Shown here: piece by piece, positions 20,323-27,016 of the stretch
Numbering within the stretch: position 1 is the first letter of the stretch
How the letters are laid out: each line of letters starts with the position of its first letter
NCBI GenBank assembly: GCA_017454625.1
Contig: JAFTCP010000116.1
Coordinates: 2,917-66,916, forward strand
Length of the DNA stretch: 64,000 nucleotides
Reading direction: 5' to 3'
Origin: Synergistaceae bacterium
Lineage (GTDB): Bacteria; Synergistota; Synergistia; Synergistales; Aminobacteriaceae
Made by a program: the position numbers and the translations under genes
Notes under the pieces: generated by a model
Database searches by the model: none
Told to the model about the DNA's origin: nothing
Seen by the model: only the letters and a program-made list of their open reading frames with translations

Positions 20323-20604
20323 CTAAGATAAATCAGTTAATAAAACGAGGTCATCCTCAGGAACATAAAACTCAAAACTGTCATCCTTATTTTCATTACA
20401 ATCTGCACAAAGAGGAACTATATAGCGTCTCTTATCAGCATTTCCAACCTTTATTACATGACCGCCATGTACTGCTTCATTAATACAAGAGATATTCGAA
20501 CAAAACGGAACTGTATCATAATCTTTGTATTCCATCCAACGCCTCAACCAACCTTTACCGCCCGTATCACCACTATGAAGATTTTTAACTTTTACTGCAG
20601 ACAT
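20323..20604 (-). CDS. small Cys4 zinc-ribbon / minimal HNH-like protein
   Basis: 93 aa with the pattern C-x4-C-x5-HGGH-x7-N-x10-C-x2-CN (CSNISC...HGGHV...N...PLCADCN). Confidence 0.4.
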   Translation of the reverse strand: MSAVKVKNLHSGDTGGKGWLRRWMEYKDYDTVPFCSNISCINEAVHGGHVIKVGNADKRRYIVPLCADCNENKDDSFEFYVPEDDLVLLTDLS

Positions 20605-20892
20605 TTATGCACCTTCCTAAAAAAATTGTGGAGATAAGGAACTCCGAATAAAATACATAAAACCTTACTGTAAGGGCTATCTACTCAAGTACTCCGTTAT
20701 CCACTTGTACGGTTTTTTGTACGGTCAACATCTACTTTGTAGCTTAGCGGCTTCTTGCTATAATAATCAGCAGAGGATGTCGCCGGATTAAGCGAGGGTT
20801 CGTGAACCAGTGTAGCATTGTATTTCTAGCGAGTTGCTACGCGGCAGTCGCTCCGGGCATTCTTTATTTTACTCAGACTATAATAACAATCA

Positions 20893-21180
20893 TCATGCCC
20901 CAACTAGGCCAAGTTCACGAACAGATACACACGCATCTTCAAACCAGTCTTCCGGATTAGGTTCAGGAATTTTCACGCCTTCTTCAAGCCACATTTCCAG
21001 ATAGTCCCGTTTTACGGCTTCAAGCTCACTCCGAGCCTCAGCATACGTATCACCGTATGCACATACAGCCATCACACCGAGTAATGGAATAGAAAGAAAA
21101 AATCCCCCGCCGTCATCCTCAGTGAGTTCTTGCACTTTAATATCATATGGCAGTGACATGTAATAATCTAAATTCTTCAT
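20893..21180 (-). CDS. HicB-family antitoxin-like protein (N-terminal domain only; no HicA seen)
   Basis: The pattern YDIKVQELTEDDGGGFFLSIPLLG...YGDTYAEARSELEAVKRDYLEMWLEEGVKIPEP matches the HicB N-domain. There is no DNA-binding tail. Confidence 0.6.
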   Translation of the reverse strand: MKNLDYYMSLPYDIKVQELTEDDGGGFFLSIPLLGVMAVCAYGDTYAEARSELEAVKRDYLEMWLEEGVKIPEPNPEDWFEDACVSVRELGLVGA

Positions 21181-21244
21181 GGTCGCTCTTTCTCTGGCAA
21201 TTCTATAGCATTCAAAAATATGGTTACACTCTAACTAGGCAAGT

Positions 21245-21478
21245 TTACAATCTCGCGGGACTTAAATTACCCAGTTTTCGTATTTTGACAGGGACATCGC
21301 ACCATGTACTAGGAACGAATGTGCGGGCTAAATTAACCTTATTTGCGTACACAAATATACACGGAGTTCCATCATCTGAACCTATGCCTATAACTTGCAA
21401 CCATTCAGGATTGTTCAAATATGCTTTCAAAGCAGCTGCCTTATCCTGAAGTGTTGGGGATTCTATGTCGTGTAACAA
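21245..21478 (-). CDS. small protein paralogous to the N-terminal region of the adjacent S1 protease
   Basis: 77 aa. VIGIGSDDGTPCIFVYANK...VPVKIRKLGNLS resembles protease residues VGYENL...KPAVYVYVSKG...FTVRYRRLTPLS. It overlaps the protease stop by 38 nt. Confidence 0.45.
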   Translation of the reverse strand: MLHDIESPTLQDKAAALKAYLNNPEWLQVIGIGSDDGTPCIFVYANKVNLARTFVPSTWCDVPVKIRKLGNLSPARL

Positions 21479-22592
21479 TTCGAGCCCCTCCTAGTTTATC
21501 CAGAACTGTTTGAATAGGTATTATGCACCCATATCTTGAATTATCTGCGGCGAAAAGTAAGCCCACAGTCGCGCTTCCATCCTCTGTAACAACTAAACTA
21601 CCCGAATCACCTTCCATAGCAAAAGGTTTGTCCTTTTCTCCAAGCACGAGCCAGAAATTCTTGAAATATACTGTAGCATTAAAACCTTTAGCCGTATAAG
21701 CTAGCTTAGAACACTTTACTATTTGTGCTTCAACTGTGCCAAAAGTTAATCCTGTTGTACGTCCAAATTTCTTGACTTTCATTCCTGACATCAATGGCAT
21801 AACTTGTGAAGGCGAGTCGTATCCTTCGGAAATAGTACCCTGCCACGATGTAACTCGCTCAGGATACGTTACCCTGCCAATAGCGGCATCCACTTCACAT
21901 GCTTCAACAAAATCAGGATTGCCGCTCTCAAGCGATACAATTGATGATAATTTCCCGACTTCAAGAGAAGCAAATTTTTGTGAGTCTATATGAGCTGGCA
22001 CATTTATTATCGCATCCTTTTCGGCATGGTTACAACCGCCTATAACATGATTGTTCGACAACACGTAAAGGTGTTTATCATCGCCGTCCAACTTAAGCAG
22101 AGCCCCCATAGTACCAGCTAAATTCTGGGTAGATAAAGCACATGAACTTCCGCATGCAAGTTCACCATTAGGGCAACAATACAGAAATGGAATATTCGTT
22201 ATATATCTAGAACTCTCTGGCTTGACTGATAACGGAGTTAAGCGTCTGTATCTAACAGTGAAACCTTCAAATTCATGCTCATTCTTTTCATCTCTTTTTG
22301 TTACCCCTTTGGAAACATACACATATACAGCAGGCTTTTCGTCAGAACTTAGCGGTAAATTCTCATAGCCTACGGACTGTACGGCTTTGCTTGCAAAGGC
22401 AATATCACCTTGCCATGACGGCGTAGCCTCTTCACTTGAGGCTGGAGTAAATCCACCGTCTGTATAAGCTGAAGAACCACAGGAAGCATTAAGCATTCCT
22501 GTGGCCGCAAAATATTCATATAAATGTTCAGCGACATCTTTTGCTGTATTCACGTAAGTTGTTATCCTTTCATCATTATTTTGTAAAGGCAC
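21441..22592 (-). CDS. trypsin-like (S1) serine protease with ~170-aa N-terminal domain of unknown function
   Basis: His-Asp-Ser occur in the canonical order: LSNNHVIGG, EVDAAIGRV, GDSGSLVV. GTG start; no signal peptide. Confidence 0.7.
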   Translation of the reverse strand: MPLQNNDERITTYVNTAKDVAEHLYEYFAATGMLNASCGSSAYTDGGFTPASSEEATPSWQGDIAFASKAVQSVGYENLPLSSDEKPAVYVYVSKGVTKRDEKNEHEFEGFTVRYRRLTPLSVKPESSRYITNIPFLYCCPNGELACGSSCALSTQNLAGTMGALLKLDGDDKHLYVLSNNHVIGGCNHAEKDAIINVPAHIDSQKFASLEVGKLSSIVSLESGNPDFVEACEVDAAIGRVTYPERVTSWQGTISEGYDSPSQVMPLMSGMKVKKFGRTTGLTFGTVEAQIVKCSKLAYTAKGFNATVYFKNFWLVLGEKDKPFAMEGDSGSLVVTEDGSATVGLLFAADNSRYGCIIPIQTVLDKLGGARIVTRHRIPNTSG

Positions 22593-22760
22593 GACGTATA
22601 ATGCACCATATCACGCCGTAACTGCCTTTTGCATAAGAATTTCACGGAACAGCGCATACCATTTATAGGACTAATAGAACTATAACAAGTAATAAACTGT
22701 AAAAACGTTTTTTCAAAATAACCGTCCCTTTCCCTAAGAATGTGTCATTTTGAAAAATAT

Positions 22761-23345
22761 TTAAGATGTGGTACTTGCGACAAAATACCGCCATGCAACC
22801 AGTAAGTACAATTTTTCCCATCGTTTTTTTTTCGTGAGAAGAAAATGTAAATCGGTATTATCGAGTTTATCCCACGATATTTCCTGTATGGCCTTGCGAG
22901 TAAAAAATACTTTGCTAATATTGTCTTCGGTGACGTTCCCGTTTCTATCTCTCATAGGCAGAGAGCCATACAAGCGAAATTCGTTATATCCCTCCAGCTT
23001 CTTTTCCGCTATAAATCTAGGGAATAGTTTTTTGACATGGTCGAGCAATCCGTTCCAAACTCCATACTCATTAGCCCCTTCGATATGTATTCTCATATCT
23101 AGCGCGAGTGTTCCATCAACTTGCGGAATAGTTTTTACAGATTCAACTCTAGTAATAGGTTCTTTCTCACCTGTTCTATGACTTTTAGCTCCCCATACAT
23201 CACGTATGAGGTCTTCGGCTACGCGCTCTGCTGTCCCTTCAGAAGTCACATATGCGACAGTCTCATTATTTGCTGACCAATCCTGAAAAAATGCATAGAC
23301 TAAAACAATAACGACACACAAAAAAACAACTTTTCTCAAAATCAC
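22761..23345 (-). CDS. membrane-anchored protein (single N-terminal TM), function unknown
   Basis: GTG start behind an AGGAGA RBS, 26 nt downstream of the repressor gene. N-terminal hydrophobic helix VVFLCVVIVLVYAFF. Confidence 0.5.
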   Translation of the reverse strand: MILRKVVFLCVVIVLVYAFFQDWSANNETVAYVTSEGTAERVAEDLIRDVWGAKSHRTGEKEPITRVESVKTIPQVDGTLALDMRIHIEGANEYGVWNGLLDHVKKLFPRFIAEKKLEGYNEFRLYGSLPMRDRNGNVTEDNISKVFFTRKAIQEISWDKLDNTDLHFLLTKKKRWEKLYLLVAWRYFVASTTS

Positions 23346-23371
23346 CGCGTTCTCCTTTCTTCCTTTATGTT

Positions 23372-23806
23372 TTATGTCTGAACTGCAGGAGTCCCTGTTA
23401 TAGCAGCTTTAACCAATTCTCTAAACCATGCTTGATTTTCTTTCGTAGCTGGAAATACATAACGCTTTCCCTTGTCTTCATACATTAAAACACGACCACT
23501 GCCTATAAAATCTCCTTCACGAATAAAAGAAGGATTTTTTATTGTATTTGTAGAATTTATTGCGGGTGAATGCATGTTCTCTTCGTCAGCATATTCACGC
23601 TGTGGGGCATCGGTCTCACCTGAGAGATATGCTACAGTCGTATCTAGTGCATCTGCGAGACGCTCCAGCTTGTTTATATCAGGAACTTGTTTTCCCTGTT
23701 CCCAGCGTCTTATAGTATTCACATGAACATCAAGCTCTTCTGCTAGAAGCTCTTGCGACAGATGTAATGCCGTTCTCTGTTGTTTTAACCTGCTTCCCTC
23801 AAACAT
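23372..23806 (-). CDS. CI-like phage repressor (XRE HTH)
   Basis: HTH_3 pattern LKQQRTALHLSQELLAEELDVHVNTIRRWEQGKQVPDINKLERLADAL. It is divergent from a second XRE gene. Confidence 0.75.
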   Translation of the reverse strand: MFEGSRLKQQRTALHLSQELLAEELDVHVNTIRRWEQGKQVPDINKLERLADALDTTVAYLSGETDAPQREYADEENMHSPAINSTNTIKNPSFIREGDFIGSGRVLMYEDKGKRYVFPATKENQAWFRELVKAAITGTPAVQT

Positions 23807-23960
23807 AAAATCACCTCCACTTTGTTAAGTAAAAATAACAATTTTAGTAGATTTTTACCAGACAAAATTTGAGGGATAGATAAAGCGAATTTTGTAGTTA
23901 TATCTTGACTTAAACTAAATATAGTAGTATTTCTACCATCAAATTTGGGAGGTGATACGA
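23807..23960. promoter_or_regulatory. divergent lysogeny/lysis switch region
   Basis: Lies between divergent XRE genes. The motif ATTTT(A/G)GTAG occurs at 23841-23850 and 23889-23897. There is a CAAAATT/AATTTTG inverted repeat and a TTGACT -35-like hexamer facing the + strand genes. Confidence 0.5.
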
Positions 23961-24392
23961 ATGTACCTTCGAGATTATAGGAAACGCAGCAATCTAACAC
24001 AAGCTGAATTAGCAGACAAGATAGGAGTTCATGAAAACACCATTCGTCGCTGGGAAACAGGAGATTTTGAACCACGTTCCAATGACTTAATGAAGCTATG
24101 TGAGATTCTTGGTTGCACGGAGGCCGAATTGTTGAATGGCCCTACCAAACAGGAATTTGAGGTAAAAATCATTATGGGGGTGAAGAATTTGACTGGTTTA
24201 GCAGGAGTAGAAGTTATGGATAACACTTTTCTTTATGGTGTACAGGATGATGAGCCGTTAATTCATTTGGCTGGAAAAGTCAGGATTGATACGCAGGAAG
24301 AGCGCGACAAGGCACTTGAGCAGATTATCAAGAAATTCAAAGCCGCTTGCTGGATGTTTGAGCATAAAGACACAGCTGAGGTGGAGTGCTAG
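23961..24392 (+). CDS. Cro/early XRE-family regulator
   Basis: ATG at 23961 behind a GGGAGG RBS. HTH_3 pattern SNLTQAELADKIGVHENTIRRWETGDFEPRSNDLMKLCEILG. Confidence 0.7.
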   Translation: MYLRDYRKRSNLTQAELADKIGVHENTIRRWETGDFEPRSNDLMKLCEILGCTEAELLNGPTKQEFEVKIIMGVKNLTGLAGVEVMDNTFLYGVQDDEPLIHLAGKVRIDTQEERDKALEQIIKKFKAACWMFEHKDTAEVEC

Positions 24393-24472
24393 TTCATTTA
24401 GCGGCAAAGACTGTAGGCAATAAGTTTTCTGAGAAATCAGGCATATTGACAACTGAATATTGGGAGAATTGA

Positions 24473-24631
24473 AATGCTGAAAACACTCTTTTATGAAGTA
24501 ATAGGAGCTCGTATCAGTGATAATTTCGCACTTTGGCTTAAGAGTAAGGGCTTCAAAGAAGAAGGGAACATTATCATTGAAGCCCTCGCAAGTTGGGCAG
24601 AAAAAGAAACTAAACTTTTGAAGTATCGTTA
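24473..24631 (+). CDS. hypothetical small protein (52 aa)
   Basis: Short ORF (MLKTLFYEVIGARISD...) that I read myself. It converges on and overlaps the Abi-alpha 3' end. Confidence 0.25.
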
Positions 24632-25266
24632 GAGCCGCCGATGCAGGCACGTATAAACAGTATTCCTAGCGCGGTTAAATTCTTGATGATGTTTTCGTCT
24701 TCATCAGTCTCATTCCATCGAGGAGCAGGACGAGAAATCAGCTGGCAACGCTCCAGATTATCCAGTGAAGCACCACAAGTAAGAGCATCGATTTTAAGGT
24801 CATTCATAGCTTTTGCACAGTTAACGTGCACTTCGATACTCGTGTCGCTTAATAGATCATTCGGAGCTACGGAATTGTAAATTTGTCTGAGGATTTGAGC
24901 ATCAATCGGTGTAAGCGTTTTGATGATGTCGATGAAGGCAACTCTGATTTCAGATGTGAAGTTAGCATATGCGGCGTTCAACAATAAGCGTGCCCAGATA
25001 TCCTGTATGACATCATCTTCCTCAAGAGAAGCGGCATCAAGTAGCGGTATTCCAAGTTTCGGGGAAACGGTACGCATATTTTCTTGCATTATGCGCTTTT
25101 TTTCTTTCTGCTTCTGAAACTTGTCGTTAAGCCTAGCAAGATTTTTCAGGCGGTAATACCAAAGATAATCACCTATGATGTTTTCTAGTTCTTTTGCAGG
25201 AACATTCAGAAGGTCATAAAGCAAAGCGGCAGCACTGGATTCCCAGTTGGTAATAATAGGTATCAT
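24610..25266 (-). CDS. Abi-alpha (DUF4393) family abortive-infection-like protein
   Basis: ATG at 25266 behind an AAAGGAGAA RBS. Family-typical core LGIPLLDAASLEEDDVIQDIWARLLLNAA. It is oriented against the early operon. Confidence 0.6.
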   Translation of the reverse strand: MIPIITNWESSAAALLYDLLNVPAKELENIIGDYLWYYRLKNLARLNDKFQKQKEKKRIMQENMRTVSPKLGIPLLDAASLEEDDVIQDIWARLLLNAAYANFTSEIRVAFIDIIKTLTPIDAQILRQIYNSVAPNDLLSDTSIEVHVNCAKAMNDLKIDALTCGASLDNLERCQLISRPAPRWNETDEDENIIKNLTALGILFIRACIGGSNDTSKV

Positions 25267-25291
25267 GATAATTCTCCTTTCTTCTTGGTAG

Positions 25292-25477
25292 GTGAAACTT
25301 TTGGCAAACAAACAGAACAAAACGATAGAAGTCAGCTACACAATCAGGTTTTCCCCTGAATTACACCGATCGCTGAGGATACTGGCGGCCTACAAGGATA
25401 CATCCATCAACAAGCTGATACAGGATATTCTCAGTCAGGCAGTTGAAGAGGCCCGTGCTCAGATTCCCACTTTGTGA
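25292..25477 (+). CDS. ribbon-helix-helix (CopG/Arc-like) protein
   Basis: RHH pattern VSYTIRFSPELHRSLRILAAYKDTSINKLIQDIL. Confidence 0.5.
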   Translation: MKLLANKQNKTIEVSYTIRFSPELHRSLRILAAYKDTSINKLIQDILSQAVEEARAQIPTL

Positions 25478-25592
25478 TGCAGTCCTTGAACAGCTCCATG
25501 ATAAGGGAGTTTAACGAAAGGCCTTTATAGGCGGCAATGACCTTCAGCTTTCGGTGTTCAAGGTCATCATAACGGATTGTAAGTGCTGGCAA
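25431..25592 (-). CDS. ribbon-helix-helix protein (53 aa), convergent with and overlapping 25292..25477
   Basis: ORF I read myself; it is too short for the supplied track. TTG start behind a GAGGA RBS. RHH pattern LTIRYDDLEHRKLKVIAAYKGLSLNSLIMELF. Confidence 0.45.
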   Translation of the reverse strand: MPALTIRYDDLEHRKLKVIAAYKGLSLNSLIMELFKDCITKWESEHGPLQLPD

Positions 25593-25703
25593 TATATCTC
25601 CTCCCTGTGATGGTTGACATGGTTACAATTATTGACATTTTAACAATCGGCTTGTAATTATTCATAGCTGCAATAGTTGTAATGCAACCCACAAGGAGGA
25701 AAA

Positions 25704-25853
25704 ATGACAGGAGTACAAATATCGCAGGTACGCTGGCCGGTTGAGCTTTACCAATGGTTACAAGACACAGCGTATAAAAAACGTCAGAGTATGAATAAGA
25801 CAATTATCGAGATTGTAGAAAATGCGAGAAATCATGAGGAGGCGAAACAATGA
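25704..25853 (+). CDS. ribbon-helix-helix protein (49 aa)
   Basis: ATG behind an AAGGAGGA RBS. RHH pattern VRWPVELYQWLQDTAYKKRQSMNKTIIEIVE. Confidence 0.5.
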   Translation: MTGVQISQVRWPVELYQWLQDTAYKKRQSMNKTIIEIVENARNHEEAKQ

Positions 25854-26026
25854 ACGTACAGCTTGCGAACACTTATAACTCAGCAAAAAATTATAAGGTT
25901 GTTTCATGGTGGGCTTCACCTAAATTTGATGGTGTAAGAGCAGTTTTCATTCCTGAGCAGGGGGTGTTCACCAGAAATAACAAGCCACTACGCGCTCAAA
26001 TATTTATGCCTATGAACGAGGGCTGA
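25850..26026 (+). pseudogene. N-terminal stub of an ATP-dependent DNA ligase
   Basis: 58 aa containing adenylation motif I (ASPKFDGVRAV) and FTRNNKPL. The sequence then becomes unrelated and stops. Confidence 0.55.
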
Positions 26027-26343
26027 ATATTACCCCTTTGCAGGCTTTAATGAAACTTGCGGAGCTTTTCGGCGTGAACCTGTCCGCAAGCATTAACTAT
26101 AAATTTTTCTACAGGAAGTTTTGTCCCGACAAGCTGAGACAGCAGATTTACCGTTATGGTTTGACGTATGCAGAGCTATCGAAATTGACGGGTTACACAG
26201 AAAGTCGAATTAGTGAGTCAGTTCGTATGAGGCCGCGCGGGACTGCGTTATGTTTGTCGGCGGTGCTAGAAGTGCTTAAATCTGAGATGGAAGCATATAA
26301 ATTCAGGAACAAGATTTGCAGGAACAAGACAAGGAGGAGCTAA
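25981..26343 (+). pseudogene. XRE-type HTH gene lacking its N-terminal helices, fused to the ligase stub region
   Basis: The frame opens at 25981 with ...NIYAYERGLNITPLQALMKLAELFGVNLS, which is only the C-terminal half of an HTH_3 domain. A second HTH-like stretch (LTYAELSKLTGYTESRISE) follows. Confidence 0.4.
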
Positions 26344-26870
26344 AATTGCGGCAGTCTCGAAAAAGTTCTTGGGCACATTTGAACAGGGTAACCGACCTAA
26401 TCGAGCTATTAATCATGTGTCATCCGCAGGGTTTCCAGATATTATTAGGCAAGGCCGACGAGCCGACCTCAAGGGAAATTCACGAGATGATGAATGCAGG
26501 GAGAACGAAATTGCCTGAAGATTACATTGCGACGATGCCCAACCTTGAGACTGAAGCCGAGCGCATAATTTTTGACCGTGAATATTTTGACAAGTCTGTA
26601 GAGTTTGCGGGAGGCTGGCCGCATATACATTTTGTATCGCAAGAATTTTACTCGTCCGACTCGCGAATGTGGTCTGTAGTTTCTGACCATATAAAATTTG
26701 TCGGGAATGCAGTATCACGTTATGCTTCAAAGCTGGGCTATGTTGCAGTTCGCTACGGATTATCTCCGAACACAGTGATGAAATACCGGCGCGAGTTTTC
26801 GAGTAAATTAGCTGAGATGCTTTTGATGCCGACGGGTGAGGGTGATGATTTTTATCTCATGCCTGGCTGA
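26316..26870 (+). CDS. putative phage transcriptional activator (C-terminal sigma-70 region-4-like HTH)
   Basis: 184 aa. The C-terminus YGLSPNTVMKYRREFSSKLAEMLL resembles RinA/ArpU-type activators. It sits just before the packaging genes. Confidence 0.35.
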   Translation: MQEQDKEELKLRQSRKSSWAHLNRVTDLIELLIMCHPQGFQILLGKADEPTSREIHEMMNAGRTKLPEDYIATMPNLETEAERIIFDREYFDKSVEFAGGWPHIHFVSQEFYSSDSRMWSVVSDHIKFVGNAVSRYASKLGYVAVRYGLSPNTVMKYRREFSSKLAEMLLMPTGEGDDFYLMPG

Positions 26871-26958
26871 AAAAGAGCGATGTGATATTAACATTGATTA
26901 TAACGTTCATCATAATTCAGGAAATGCGATAAAATATTATCATTCAAGAATACTATTA

Positions 26959-26991
26959 AGAGAGTACCTAAAGGCGGGTGCTCTCTTTTTT
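26959..26991 (+). terminator. rho-independent terminator
   Basis: AGAGAGTACC/GGTGCTCTCT stem with one mismatch, followed by a T6 run. Confidence 0.55.
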
Positions 26992-27016
26992 GTGCATAAA
27001 ATCAGGAGAGGTGAGC

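Noticed and set aside
20735-20780. Possible DGR template repeat (shares TGTAGCT with the VR)
   Set aside because: Identity stops after 7 nt, and there is no A-rich counterpart of the VR codons.
20783-20858. tRNA-like element (GGTTCGTGAACC resembles a T-arm) that could mark a tRNA attachment site
   Set aside because: There is no 7-bp acceptor stem, no D or anticodon arm geometry, and the would-be T-loop is only 2-4 nt. It is not a tRNA or tmRNA. I kept it only as a possible structured region.
24258-24650. 130-aa minus-strand ORF overlapping the cro-like gene
   Set aside because: It is antisense to the XRE gene and to a small + strand ORF, and has no start context.
25567-25803. 78-aa hydrophobic minus-strand ORF
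   Set aside because: It spans the promoter-rich spacer and overlaps two RHH genes that have good RBSs. It is probably spurious.
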